Part shown: positions 27,128 to 40,792 of the stretch, piece by piece
How positions within the stretch are numbered: the stretch's first letter is position 1
Layout: each line of letters opens with the position of its first letter
Source of the DNA: Octopus bimaculoides
Taxonomy: Eukaryota
Assembly: GCF_001194135.2 (NCBI RefSeq)
Contig: NC_068993.1
Location: forward strand, 2,745,543 to 2,808,738
DNA: 63,196 nucleotides
Direction: 5' to 3'
Made by a program: the position numbers and the translations under genes
Notes under the pieces: generated by a model
Database searches by the model: none
Told to the model about the DNA's origin: nothing
The model's input: only the letters and a program-made list of their open reading frames with translations

Positions 27128-27160
<33 letters not shown>

Positions 27161-27612
27161 ATATTATGGTGTGTTACTTTGGTCTCCTCCTGCTGTGATG
27201 TAGTACAGTGCTGTGCAAATGACTTCATCCACTTTATTGTAAATTTCTCCTAATTGCCAACTTATAAATGGATATTTCACATTGCATTTTCTACAGGTGA
27301 AACATTGGCCCTGTTGGAGTTATTTCCATACCTAATCATTTTATTTTGTAGTAAGGGTTCTGAATGAGAAGAGAAGGTGCAAGACAACCACCAAAAGCGA
27401 TCGTGCAAAAGTTTTCAGCCATCTCACATTAACCAATCAAGATACTGTGTTTTAAAACAGTGAAATGTCTATGTGTATGTATGTGTTTGTGTGTATGATT
27501 GTGTGTGTGTCTGTTCATACAGTGAGTGGGTTTGCGAAGAAATTCAAACTTTACTATTACTACTTCCCCGCCAACACCACCACCACCACTGCCACTGCTG
27601 CTGCTGCTGCTG

Positions 27613-27663
<51 letters not shown>

Positions 27664-28117
27664 ATAATAATAATAACAATAATAACAATAATATTAACAG
27701 CAAAGCATTGACGGATTGATTGTGCTGAAAATGGAAACATTGTGATTAAACTAGAGCGCAATGGGCCCAGTTTCTCTTCTAAGACAACACTTTATATAAC
27801 AATAAAAGGAAACATAAAGTTATTTAAGATCAATTGAATCTTTTTGAAGCAATGCCACACTAACAGAATTATTGATACAAAACAGCTTGAAGAATAATTA
27901 ATTCTTTAAAAAAAAAATGGATATTAGAGGAGGCCTTTTTAGTTTTGGTAAAGGAATATTTTTTCCTTTCTGAAATCAATTTTTTTCATTAAAATACCAT
28001 TGCCATCATATTGGTTCCCACTGTCATCATCATCATCATCATCATCATTAACAGTAGCATCATTGTTGTCACTCTCATCATCCTTGTCATCATTAGAATA
28101 ATAATAATAATAATAAT

Positions 28118-28339
28118 AGTTCCAAATTTTGGCACAAGGCCAGCAATTTCAGAGGAGGGGGTAAGTGGATCACATCTCCCCCTCCCACCAATGATTAACT
28201 GGTACTTATTTTATCGACCCCAAAAGAAATGCAATGCAAATTTGACCATGGCAACATTTGAACTCAGAATGTAAAAATGGACAAAAAGCCGTGAAGCATT
28301 TCGCCCAGCATTCTAACAATTCTGCCAGCTCACTGCCTT
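28118..28339 (-). mobile_element. SINE family A
   Basis: Full-length reverse-complement copy. Confidence 0.9.
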
Positions 28340-28385
28340 AATAATAACAACAATAATAACAACAATAATAATAATAATAATAATG

Positions 28386-28464
<79 letters not shown>

Positions 28465-28466
28465 TG

Positions 28467-28516
<50 letters not shown>

Positions 28517-28530
28517 CATAATAATAATAA
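28340..28530. repeat. (AAT)n microsatellite
   Basis: Direct reading; similar arrays at 14075-14160, 47520-47790 and 48985-49070. Confidence 0.98.
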
Positions 28531-28531
28531 A

Positions 28532-28718
28532 AAGTGGTACGAACATAAACCTGAAGGCATCATCAAAAATGATAATGCAAAGTTCCTTTGGGGTTTTATG
28601 ATTCAGTGCGACCATGAGATAGAGAATAGGAAACCAGACATAGTGTTAATTGAGAAAGAAAGCAAACGATGCTGGATCATAGATATAGCATGTCCAGCTG
28701 ACAACAAGGTATGCGATA
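28532..28718 (+). mobile_element. R4/Dong-clade non-LTR retrotransposon restriction-like endonuclease fragment
   Basis: Open frame KWYEHKPEGIIKNDNAKFLWGFMIQCDHEIENRKPDIVLIEKESKRCWIIDIACPADNKV has the PD-(x)-D motif typical of R4-type RLE; abuts an (AAT)n array. Confidence 0.9.
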
Positions 28719-28800
28719 GTCTTCTACCTGCGTGGCTCCTGTCAAACCGTCCAACCCATGCCAGCATGGAAGGAGGATGCTAAACAATGATGATGATGCA
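28719..28800 (+). mobile_element. RTE-type extreme 3' tail
   Basis: aaccgtccaacccatgccagcatggaa...aaacaatgatgatgatg matches the reverse complement of 39960-40020. Confidence 0.85.
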
Positions 28801-29019
28801 TAAAGTTCCTTCAAAAATTTCTTAGAACTTTTTTATGCATCTCAATTTTTTCCCCATTTATGTATTTTGCACAAGTTTGGAAGTCAGGTCGAGGTTATAG
28901 CACCATTTTGTTAAATACTGTGCACTTTCTTCATTACATATATTGATATACACATTAAGCTTTTTTGATTTATAATGTGAGAGTATGAGTGTGTGTATGT
29001 GTATAAGTGTATAGCTTAT

Positions 29020-29170
29020 TTGATAGGCTTCATAACAATTTCCATTGACAAAATTCCTCTGGATAATTTGAGGCTATGATAATATTTCTTTAATCTGCAA
29101 CAAACGTGGAACAAACTCAGAACCACAGATTTGCAAGCAAACTTCCTAAACACACACCATTTCCTGCACC
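29020..29170 (-). mobile_element. SINE family B head, decayed
   Basis: gaggctat..agaaccaca..gcaagcaaacttcct resembles the reverse-complement head. Confidence 0.45.
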
Positions 29171-29550
29171 CATATATTTTCCTACATGTATTGTAGGATT
29201 AAATAAAAATTATGTAATTTTAATAAAATTGCAGGGCTCTATAGAATTTTTTTTTGTTCTCATTTTCCATTAGGCATTTACAAATATTTTAAACAACACC
29301 AAATCCACGATAATGGTTTTGTAAATATTTCCACAAATATAGAATTAATATTACATACATTACCTCCATTTCAAATGAAGACTTGAATATAGAGTTTCAT
29401 ATAATACCAGAGGGATTTGAGGGGTTTTTTTTTAAATAAAAAATTTATTTTACATCCATTTTCCTTTGCTAACATCAACATGATGTACACATGCTCTTTT
29501 TTCAGTTATAAATTTGCATATTTCTATATTGTTATTAGAATTATTGTTGA

Positions 29551-29581
<31 letters not shown>

Positions 29582-30054
29582 GCTATCAGTTTTATAGAAG
29601 AGATAAATTTAAAATATTGCATGTTGTCAGTCCTAAAATATAGTTGGAACATTTCATATTTTTTCTTGCCACCCCTCCACCCTTTATAAAAAGAAAAAAA
29701 CAACAACACAGTTGTTGTTGTGCAGTGTGGTTTTATGGCAAATGTAAGCTGAGTGTCGTTTAATTTATGGAGTGGTTTGAATGTCCTCATATTTCAGGTG
29801 GCAGTTTTATTTTTTATGCTTCAAAGCCACACAGTGTTTGTTCCAATATTCAATATTTCAATATCAACTCTGTGCTTTGTTCATTTTGTAGCAAAAAAGG
29901 TGAAAAAAGAAAAAATATTGGTTTCGTCTGGCAGGGTGGAAGTAGGATCATTACCAATTTCTTCTCAAAGAAACTATTTTTCCTTTCTTTCTTTTTTTTT
30001 TGTAGCTGGTTTCCTTTTCCTTAGTTAAAAAGGAGAGAGAAACCTTCCTTTCTG

Positions 30055-30415
30055 TAGGCACAAGTGTGGCTGTGAGGAAAGAAGTGTGTCTCCCCAACCA
30101 CATGGTTCTGGGTTCAGTCCCACTGTGTGGCACTTTGAGCAAGTGTCTTCTAGTATAGCCTCAGGCTGACCAAAGCCTTTTGAGTGGATTTGGTTGGTGG
30201 AAACTGAAAGAAGCTCATTGTATATGTGTGTGTGCCTGTGTTTGTCCACCATAATCACTTGACAGCCAGTGTTAGTATGTTTACTTAGCAGTTCAGCAAA
30301 AGAAACTGATAAAATAAGCACCAGGCTTAAAAAGAGAATAAGTCCTGGGGTTGATTCAAGGCAGTGCCCCAGCATGGCCGTACTCCAATGGCTGAAACAA
30401 GTAAAAGATAAAAGA
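30055..30415 (+). mobile_element. SINE family B, full length
   Basis: Head, core, (TG)n and tail ccccagcatggccg..ctgaaacaagtaaaagat. Confidence 0.9.
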
Positions 30416-30792
30416 TCGAGTTAACTACACAAAATCGAAAGGAAATGGGAATGATTGACCACAGGCCAGAGTAAGGAAAGCTGAGCCATATCTGTTGTCC
30501 AGGGGGTTACTCACTAGCTGTACCAGTAAGGGCTGAAATCTTAGCTAAACTGACCATCAAATACATTAACCAAACGCGCCATCTTGTTGATCAACACCAA
30601 TCACTCCTTAAGTGCTTTGGCATTTTGGTCAGACCCCCAAACACTTTCTCTGTACACATCTCTATTCCACACATTGACTTTCTTGTGATCCATTTTAGGA
30701 ATTCACAGAACAAAGCATAGTTATATAAATCCACTGACCATCAGCTCTGATTACATTCACTGACCTAATAGCACTCCATTGCTTTTGGTGAA

Positions 30793-31072
30793 GAAAATTC
30801 CAGTTGATCTAATCAATAGAACAGCCTGCTCAAAAGATTAATGTACAAGTGGCTGAATGCTCCACTGACATGTGTACTCTTAAAGTAGTTCTCAATGAGT
30901 TCTCAAAGCTGGCCCTTTGAAATACAGGTACAACTCATTTTTGCCAGCCGAGTGAACTGGAGCAATGTGAAATAAAGTGTGTTTCTCAAGGACACAGTGC
31001 ATTGCTGGAAATTGAACTCATGAACTTATGATCATGAGCTCAATACACAAACCACTGTGCCACGTCCCTTCA
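30793..31072 (-). mobile_element. SINE family C
   Basis: Colinear with 16720-16939. Confidence 0.9.
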
Positions 31073-31481
31073 CTGACCATCAGCTCCATAAAACTATTGA
31101 CCAACAATTAAATGAATCCACTGATTAAACAACTTCCTGAAATCCCTTATTTTAGGAGGAAAAGAAACAAATAAAAGTTTCCCCCCTCTTCTTTTCGTTG
31201 TCCGTTTCTTCCTATAATTAATTAAAAAATACAGAAAACATGTTGTATACATCCTTACCCTAATTAGAGTTTTAATTAATTAGTCAAAAGAATAATGGTG
31301 GCACTCATGCTCTTTCATAGAGGTGAGGTTAATGAAGTTAATTATCAATTTGAACTTCTGATATACCTGTGGTAGTAGTGGTGGTGGTAATGGTGCGGGT
31401 GGTGGGGATGGTGGTGGTGGGGGAATGAGGCTGAAGAGTAAATTTGAAAGGGATACAAGTCTTGGGAAGATTAATTGGCAA

Positions 31482-31702
31482 ATATATCCTTTTTGCTGGA
31501 GGCACAAGGCCTGAAACTTTGGGGGAGGGGGCCAGTCGATTAGATCGACCCCAGCATGCAACTGGTACTTAATTTATCGACCCCGAAAAAGATGAAAGGC
31601 AAAGTTGACCTCGGCAGAATTTGAACTCAGAATGTTAAGACAGACGAAATACTGCTAAGCATTTCGCCCAGCATACTAAGATTTCTGCCAGCTCACCACC
31701 TT
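31482..31702 (-). mobile_element. SINE family A
   Basis: Well-preserved reverse-complement copy. Confidence 0.9.
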
Positions 31703-33360
31703 AATTGGCAAATATAGACATTCAAAATAATTTGTTCCAACTTGAGACTGTCTGCAGAGTAGGTTGAATTAAGGAAACCAGAAAACTGACCAACAAATGA
31801 GGAAATGGTAATATTTATATTTAAGATAGCAAAGGTATCATCATCAGCATCATCATTATAACCATCATTACAATCATCATCTCCATCGTTATAACCACCA
31901 TCATCATCATCATCATCACCGTTGTCATCACTATCACCACTGCTACTGTAACAGAAATAACTACATCATCACCATTACCGTCATCATCATCATCATCATC
32001 ACCACCACCATCACCATCATCGTCATCATTATCATCATCATCATCATCAACATCATTGTCACCATCATCATCATCATCATCATCATCATTATCCTTATCA
32101 TTTGTAATGTTATTGATGATGGTGGTGGTGACGGCAGTGCAGTAGCCGCTCAACTGGTTCGAACACAACACCGTCTCCACCACCACCACCACCACCAACA
32201 CCAACAACAACAACAACATCGACACTTATTAGACAACAGTTAAAGAAAAAAAAGGTTAATGTTATGCTCTTCCACTTCTTCTCCTCCCCATCCTTCCACC
32301 CCTCCCTTNNNNNNNNNNNNNNNNNNNNNNNNNNNNNNNNNNNNNNNNNNNNNNNNNNNNNNNNNNNNNNNNNNNNNNNNNNNNNNNNNNNNNNNNNNNN
32401 NNNNNNNNNNNNNNNNNNNNNNNNNTCCTGCTTAGCTGGGTTCATGCTTGATCGCTTATGTGAAGTATTGTCTAAGGTGGTTTTTGAGACAATGATTTAT
32501 GAATGGTTAGATGGCACTGGCTTAAGTGACTTGCTTTCGAACCAAATTACGCTCACTACTATATGCACGTACGTGTGAGTATAAGGGTAGATGTATGTAG
32601 GCTACGGCGTACAAGCATAGCTGTTTATATGTGTGTATGTGTGTATATGCAAATTTGGTGGATATGTGTTGCTAGAAAAGCAGATCTGCGAGAATGTGTG
32701 AAGGATTATGTATGAGTATATGTGTGTTGAATACGTGTGTGCATATGAATGCAGGTTTTATGTGTTTATATATGTGTGTGTGTTGAATATGAGTATGTGT
32801 GTGTGTGTGTGCGTGTACGTGTATGTTTGTAGCTATCAGTCAATGTGTGTGTTTGAGTATATATGTGAGTATATGGTTCTATATGTATATGGTGCTATGA
32901 GTGCATATCAGTATGTACATATGTATATACATGCATACATACATACATATATATATNNNNNNNNNNTATATAGAGAGAGAGAGAGAGAGAGAGATAGATA
33001 TACATATAAAATAGCTAATGTCATCGTTATTTCTCCCTAAGGAATTTATTACTTCTGCATTCTTGCACTCTCTGACCTTTCTACAAGTTGCAGTTTTTAA
33101 AAGAATTATTTTTGTTTTCTTTTCTTATTTCTTTCTTCCACATAGTAAAAGTACTTCATGCTCTGATGCATTCACGCACATCTATCACATTCTTCTTGAC
33201 TTTCCTTGTGCCACACCCAGCTCAATTTATCTTACCAGTTCCTCACCATTCTTAGCATTCTCTTTCTTGTCTTTTAACCCATGCATGTAATGTCCCAGGA
33301 CTTTCAACCAATGCTGCATAATTTTTAAGTAACTTTTCTTCTCTCACTGAATTCGTAATG

Positions 33361-33416
<56 letters not shown>

Positions 33417-34711
33417 TGCCAGTGTTGTATTGTAATTAATTTTCCTCTTATTTTTCTCTGACTTCTCCTTTCTCATTTATATATTCACACACAGATAGAC
33501 GTTTGCAGCAGTGTATAATTATGTCTGTATGTACATAATTATACTTATACTTCAATGATACCCCAGCACAAATTAAATGTCTGTGTGTGTATGTATACTT
33601 TTGCATATAGATATGAGCATGTGTGTGTGTGTGTATATAANNNNNNNNNNNNNNNNNNNNNNNNNNNNNNNNNNNNNNNNNNNNNNNNNNNNNNNNNNNN
33701 NNNNNNNNNNNNNNNNNNNNNNNNNNNNNNNNNNNNNNNNNNNNNNNNNNNNNNNNNNNNNNNNNNNNNNNNNNNNNNNNNNNNNNNNNNNNNNNNNNNN
33801 NNNNNNNNNNNNNNNNNNNNNNNNNNNNNNNNNNNNNNNNNNNNNNNNNNNNNNNNNNNNNNNNNNNNNNNNNNNNNNNNNNNNNNNNNNNNNNNNNNNN
33901 NNNNNNNNNNNNNNNNNNNNNNNNNNNNNNNNNNNNNNNNNNNNNNNNNNNNNNNNNNNNNNNNNNNNNNNNNNNNNNNNNNNNNNNNNNNNNNNNNNNN
34001 NNNNNNNNNNNNNNNNNNNNNNNNNNNNNNNNNNNNNNNNNNNNNNNNNNNNNNNNNNNNNNNNNNNNNNNNNNNNNNNNNNNNNNNNNNNNNNNNNNNN
34101 NNNNNNNNNNNNNNNNNNNNNNNNNNNNNNNNNNNNNNNNNNNNNNNNNNNNNNNNNNNNNNNNNNNNNNNNNNNNNNNNNNNNNNNNNNNNNNNNNNNN
34201 NNNNNNNNNNNNNNNNNNNNNNNNNNNNNNNNNNNNNNNNNNNNNNNNNNNNNNNNNNNNNNNNNNNNNNNNNNNNNNNNNNNNNNNNNNNNNNNNNNNN
34301 NNNNNNNNNNNNNNNNNNNNNNNNNNNNNNNNNNNNNNNNNNNNNNNNNNNNNNNNNNNNNNNNNNNNNNNNNNNNNNNNNNNNNNNNNNNNTTTTTCTT
34401 TTTCTCTTCTATGTTTGGACAAACAGACAGAATATATGGTGTAAAAGTAGATATAAGGTAAAAAAAATGTTATATAGGAAAATAAAAATATGTAAAAAAA
34501 AATAATTAACTTAGAATTGAACCTGTATCTCGTAGGTGTTTCTTCGATAAGTCATACAAGTTGATGTGCGTTCAATTCCCTTGAATCACTCATTTTTATT
34601 TATTTTTTTTTCTTGTGCCTTGTTTCATCTCATGCTCTAACAACACTTTGAAAATACCAAAAAATAAGTTCCCAGTCATCAAGATTTTGGTTAATTTTTG
34701 GTCATTTAAAA

Positions 34712-34830
34712 AGAGTGGAATTGACAGAATTATCAGAAAGCCTGGCAGAATGCATTCCAGTATTTCAGTGAAATATTGCTAAGGCTGACTTGTATTTTAC
34801 CCTTCTAGGGTCAATATAGAAAGTTCTACA
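34712..34830 (+). mobile_element. SINE family A, highly decayed
   Basis: gacagaattatcagaaagcctggcagaatgc..agggtcaata resembles the family head and core. Confidence 0.5.
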
Positions 34831-35762
34831 AAGTAGGGTGTCTTCTATATAGTACACAGAGTTTTGAAATCTTTAATTGAAATGATTTCTGCAGTCAGTG
34901 GTTGAAGTAAGCCCTCTAGGGTTATACAGAAATAAAAGGAATATCAACAACATTACTTATCCACAATAAGAGGTTCTGTTGCTCACACTATTTGTCTTCA
35001 TCAAAAACTACACCTACTCCTACGTAGACTTATCCCACTTACAGCCAGGCTCGACATTCACCATCTCAACCACTTCGCAGTGATGCCTGTTGCTACATAC
35101 AGCAATACTTGTACCCACCACATACAAGAATGTTACAATGGAAATAAGGATTTGCAGTTCAGTATAATCTAGAATTCATGAAGTGCAGTGATACTTTGCT
35201 TTAGCAAAAGCTAATCCTCAAATGTTAATCCACAAAAGTTAATCCAGAGATTCAATCAATGAAACTTCAGAAATAAAATGTAAATTAAGGTGTGGTTAAT
35301 TTATAATGAGAAGAGGAAAATACTATGCTATGGAGAGCCATCCTTCTTCAGAACCAGAAAACAGAGAAGCAAATATGTTGCAGACAAAAACCTAAATGGA
35401 ATAACAACTATTCACTTTTACCAATGTGGGTCTCAACATTTATTTTATTCCTTCTCTTCTGCAGAACCACAAGTGTCCAGAACATCATATTTTCTCTTTA
35501 CTCATCATGGCAAATCAATACAATATCTCCTTCCTATTTCATTCATTTGCCAGGGCCTGTATGTATAATATTTATGTTTAGAGACGATATTTACTTAATA
35601 ACAACATCTCCTACATTTGTCTTTGTATATATTTATGTCTCCAAAGGGAAACCTGTTTCCAGAATATGAGTTTTTATTTACTCATCATGATAAATCAACA
35701 AACTCTAATTCATTTTCATCTACAAACTTTTATACTTTTACAAGTGATTGAACGTATAATAT

Positions 35763-35960
35763 CTTTCTACCTTTTTACTTGCTTCAATCATTGGACTGCA
35801 GCCATGCTGGGGCACAATCTCAAAGGGGTTTTGACTCAGCAAATTGACCCTAGCATTCATTTTAAGCTTCATACTTATTCTATCGGTCTCTTTTGTTGAA
35901 CCACTAGTTTGTGGGGTTGTAAAAAAAACCCCACACTAGTTGTAAACCAGTGTAGGTGAT
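35763..35960 (-). mobile_element. SINE family B 3' half
   Basis: tttttacttgcttcaatcattggactgcagccatgctggggcac is the reverse-complement tail. Confidence 0.85.
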
Positions 35961-36424
35961 GGTGGTGGTGGTGGTGGTGGTGGTGGTGGTGGTGGNNNNN
36001 NNNNNNNNNNNNNNNNNNNNNNNNNNNNNNNNNNNNNNNNNNNNNNNNNNNNNNNNNNNNNNNNNNNNNNNNNNNNNNNNNNNNNNNNNNNNNNNNNNNN
36101 NNNNNNNNNNNNNNNNNNNNNNNNNNNNNNNNNNNNNNNNNNNNNNNNNNNNNNNNNNNNNNNNNNNNNNNNNNNNNNNNNNNNNNNNNNNNNNNNNNNN
36201 NNNNNNNNNNNNNNNNNNNNNNNNNNNNNNNNNNNNNNNNNNNNNNNNNNNNNNNNNNNNNNNNNNNNNNNNNNNNNNNNNNNNNNNNNNNNNNNNNNNN
36301 NNNNNNNNNNNNNNNNNNNNNNNNNNNNNNNNNNNNNNNNNNNNNNNNNNNNNNNNNNNNNNNNNNNNNNNNNNNNNNNNNNNNNNNNNNNNNNNNNNNN
36401 NNNNNNNNNNNNNNNNNNNNNNNN

Positions 36425-36662
36425 NCAGGTTGACCCAAAAGTAGATTTACAGTTATCACGTAGGCACTATAAATTTCTTTTAAAACATTTTCTTACATTT
36501 AAATTTCTATCTTACAAACTGAAAAGGGAACTTGACAAAATTAACTAAATTAGCATAGAATAATGGTTTCACATTTTTTCATAATTAAGATCTATACTGT
36601 TAATATACGAATGCGAAAGAGATAGTTGAATAACTGTAAACCTACTTTGGGGCCACCCGGTG
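36425..36662. mobile_element. Tc1/mariner-type MITE (~237 bp)
   Basis: 31-bp imperfect TIRs (CAGGTTGACCCAAAAGTAGATTTACAGTTAT vs reverse complement of 36630-36660, 5 mismatches); TA follows the right end; the left flank is a gap. Confidence 0.7.
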
Positions 36663-37158
36663 TATATATTATTGTGAAGGTTTTTGTTAAGCAGTGTTGG
36701 TTTATTTTTTCTCTGAAGAACTACAAGAATGCAGAATATCATATTGTCTTTTACTCTTCATGTTAAGACCAACAGACAGTAGTTTATTGTCATCTACAAT
36801 CTGTTATATTTTTGCCAGGGCCTGTACGTATAACATACATGTTTAGAATAGAATTCTCTCTACAAGACGTCAGTAATCACGGTTTTGTATTAAATGTTAT
36901 GATGACGTGGGAAAATAAATAAGATTCGAAAATATTAAAGGTGAAGATAATTGAAAATAATCTTGATTAATTTTTAAGGTAATCAAATCCACAGCTGACA
37001 GTTTCCAGAAAAGGCAAAAGTGTTGACACCTATTTAAAAATGAATAATTTTGCAGTGCTTTTTTGTTTGTGTTTTGTTTGAAGTATCAGGAATTGTATCA
37101 GCAAAAGTTGAAGAACTTGTCATCCTCACAATTTCTTTCATCATCATCATCATCGCTG

Positions 37159-37205
<47 letters not shown>

Positions 37206-38277
37206 GTCATCAACATCCTCTGCCTCCTCCTCCCCTTCCTCAACATCATCATGAATAGCAGCAGAAGTCAGCAAAATAACAACAGCATCCCAACCACTAC
37301 TATTATCATCAGTTTTATCACCCCCTCCACAGCCACCACCCTCATCAGCAGAAGCATCATAGTCTTGGATTGAAGAAGACTTCACTGTTTTTTCTAGCAA
37401 AATGGGCACAAATGTATATTTTGCTGGTTTTTGTTGATATCTTAAATTTATAATTAAAGGAAAAAGCTTGTCTGAAAATAATCTTTTTTGAAGATGAAAA
37501 AGAAATTATAGTGTTGGTGAGAGAGAGAAATATTCACTGCTATTTCTAGCAAATGTAGTGAACCTATAGAGGTTCTGCTGCCATTAGTATTAGGAATAAT
37601 TGAATGTTAGACTAGTATCACTAATTAACTTGTTAATCATGGCAGACCAGAAAACTAAACAAGCTTAATTTATTTATCCAATCCTGAGTCAGGATAAAAA
37701 AAATAATGGTTAAACCCCCACTTGGAAGCGAAAGAAATAATAAATGGAATCTCTGAGAATCATTATGGCAAATTTAAGGATTTTTTAAAATTTAAATAAA
37801 TTTTGCTCTAAAATCATGTTTTTTTTTTTGATTGGGTAATTTTTTTTTCTGTAAACAATTAAAATTAAAATGTCGCAAAATACAATTTACTAGAATAATA
37901 AAACTTAATTATGAAACGTTTCATCTTAACAGAAGATTGCTCGTAACCAGGGATCGGTTGATAGTCTGGGAGTTTTGAAATATGAACCAGTTACTTGATC
38001 CAATCAGCTGATATTTTTACAGATTCGTTTAAGTAATTAACAGGGAACACATCCATCAAAGTCATTAATTATTTGCAGGCAAAGATTGAATCCAAATTTT
38101 TCTTCTATCAACTTTGACATCTGACAATTTCAGCTTTTTTTCTTTTTGTTACAATAATTATCTTTTAATAAATCTCTCTCTTTCTCTCTCTCTCTCTTTC
38201 CCTGTCATTTTATCTTTCCTTATCTCTCTATGTATTTCTGTCTCTATGCATTCTGTCTCATTCTCTCTCTCACACTT

Positions 38278-38310
<33 letters not shown>

Positions 38311-38317
38311 ATTTTTG

Positions 38318-38381
<64 letters not shown>

Positions 38382-39032
38382 GATCTATCTATCTATCTCA
38401 TATCTCATCTCTTTTTTCTCTACATGTATATATTTGCTTGAGTGTGTGTGTGTCGGTGACGACAGTAATGAGGATGATGGTGATGATGATTGGGGGGATG
38501 GTGGTAGTAGGCATAATGAAGATGACAGCAACAACAATGACAATGATGATATCTGTGAGCTGATGGATATTCTCTTCTTTACTTGTTAACTAGAAATGAC
38601 AAAGATATAATGCACCACCACCACCACCACCACCACCATCATTATCATCATCATCACTCTTTTAGCAATTTCTGTGTCTGAGACCATTGTCCAAATCCGA
38701 TGCCACTGTGAAGTATCACCAGTCACATTTCATTGTCACCTTGTCAGTGAAACCAGACTTCAAGGGATCTAATCTGACCAATTCCTTTAGTTGTTAGAAA
38801 TGGATTTCTTCTGATTCTGTTTCACATCCACAGAAGATCTTGGAGATCTCTATAAGAAATCATGGTCTAAATTGAATTACACTTTCATTAATGTTTTACT
38901 TACTTAAGTCCTTTGCTCTCAATCCATCAGAGGCCATCGATGACTTTTATTCAATGTTTCCAAATCTGAGATGTCTTTTCCTCTTCCAGGATTTGTTAGT
39001 TTTGAATTAGCATCAATATTTCTGCAACCTTG

Positions 39033-39255
39033 AAAGGTTGCAATCCAGCAGACTCATTAGCAAATCAGACAATAATGCTGAATGGCATTTCGTCCATCTT
39101 TTAGGTTCTGAGTTCAAATTCTGTTGATGTTGATTTTGCATTTAATCCTTTCAGGGTCAATAAAGTAAGTACCAGTCATATACTGGTGTCAATTTAAGCA
39201 ACTTATCCCCTGAACCCCAAAACTGCTGGCCTTGAGCCAAAAATTGAAACCAAAC
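39033..39255 (+). mobile_element. SINE family A with 14-bp target-site duplication
   Basis: Flanked by tttctgcaaccttg (39019-39032) and tttctgcaactttg (39256-39269). Confidence 0.9.
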
Positions 39256-39957
39256 TTTCTGCAACTTTGCTTTTTTTCTTCTTAGGTGCATTGACCGAAT
39301 GTCATCCTATTTTTCCCTCTAGTAAGAGTTGGCTCATATTAGTCTAACCTCTGTCCTTTGACCTCTCCAAGCATGGGGAGACCCTACCAAGAGCTCTCAC
39401 TCCTCTGGCACAGCTCTCAGGTTCGCTAAAGCTCACAATCCACCACAATGCAACAAGACCTGGGCCTTGTGGTTGCACATACACCCAATATTGAGAACTT
39501 CAAATATAGCCATGGCTGCGCTTGTTGATTTCCTTTACACTGTAGTATGGCCGATAACTTTGGAAAAACTGAATTCAGTTAAAGTTTCACCAAATATTGA
39601 CATCTTTGGATATTGTAATTGTGAGTAAATCTAATTTGAAGGAAATCAGGTCAACCTTAATTTAATTCTGGATTCTGGCTGGTGAAGCTTGTGGCTTTAG
39701 TTTTTGTTGCTAAGTCAGACAGTTTATAGAATCATGGCAATGTCTACGATTATTTTGATATATTCATTATTTATGCCTCAAACTATTTTTTATTCACTTT
39801 CTCTCCATAACATTGTATACATGCATATTCATGCTTATTTACAAATTCACAGACACACACACAAACAGAGACTGCCTGACAGACGACAGACAGACAGATA
39901 CATGCATGTACCACAGCATGGCTGCAGTCTAATGACTGAAATGAGTAAAAGATATCA

Positions 39958-40792
39958 TCATCATCATCATCATCATCGTTTAACGTCTGCTTTCCATGCT
40001 AGCATGGGTTGGACGATTTGACTGAGGACTGGTGAAACCGGATGGCAACACCAGGCTCCAATCTAATTTGGCAGAGTTTCTACAGCTGGATGCCCTTCCT
40101 AACGCCAACCACTCAGAGAGTGTAGTGGGTGCTTTTACGTGTCACCCGCACGAAAACGGCCACGCTCGAAATGGTGTCTTTTATGTGCCACCCGCACAAG
40201 CCAGTCCAGGGGCACTGGCAACGATCTCGCTTGAAAATCNNNNNNNNNNNNNNNNNNNNNNNNNNNNNNNNNNNNNNNNNNNNNNNNNNNNNNNNNNNNN
40301 NNNNNNNNNNNNNNNNNNNNNNNNNNNNNNNNNNNNNNNNNNNNNNNNNNNNNNNNNNNNNNNNNNNNNNNNNNNNNNNNNNNNNNNNNNNNNNNNNNNN
40401 NNNNNNNNNNNNNNNNGCCTACCTCTTCCACGGGTTCCCTCAACTGTTAGGGTGTGGCACTTTTTCACACAGCTATCCTCATCCATTCTCACCACATGTC
40501 CATACCAGTGCAATCGTCTCTCTTGCACACCACAACTGATGCTTCTAATGTTCAGCTTTTCTCTCAAGATACTTACACTCTGACGGGTATTCACATTGAC
40601 ATTACACATCCAACGGAGCATACTGGCTTCATTCCTTGCGAGCTTACGTATGTCCTCAGCAGTTACAGGCCATGTTTCACTGTCATGTAGCATGGCTGTT
40701 CGTACGCATGCGTCATACAGTCTGCCTTTTACTCTGAGTGAGAGTCCCTTTGTCGCCAGCAGGGGTAAGAGCTCTCTAAACTTTGCCCAGGC
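39958..40792 (-). mobile_element. 5'-truncated RTE-clade LINE (ORF2 C-terminus + 3' UTR + (GAT)n tail)
   Basis: AWAKFRELLPLLATKGLSLRVKGRLYDACVRTAMLHDSETW...MLRWMCNV...RRLHWYGHVVRMDEDSCVKKC...VEGTRGRGR; 3' UTR has GTTGGCGTTAGGAAGGGCATCCAGCTGTAGAAAC; tail of ATG repeats. Confidence 0.95.

Larger units (their letters stand above)
35465..36850. repeat. Three diverged copies of a ~100-bp unit (35465-35585, 35655-35760, 36719-36850)
   Basis: Shared cagaa.atca.att...tttactc.tcatg..aa..caa..a and tttgccagggcctgta.gtataa; copies 2 and 3 are roughly three-quarters identical by eye. Confidence 0.8.

Noticed and set aside
32135-32170. tRNA-like boxes (gctcaactggttcgaac)
   Set aside because: A-like and B-like boxes overlap; no anticodon arm or acceptor stem.
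38640-39000. LINE RT remnant or MASDGLRAKDL first exon
   Set aside because: No diagnostic RT motif; the donor is strong but the acceptor and context are not.
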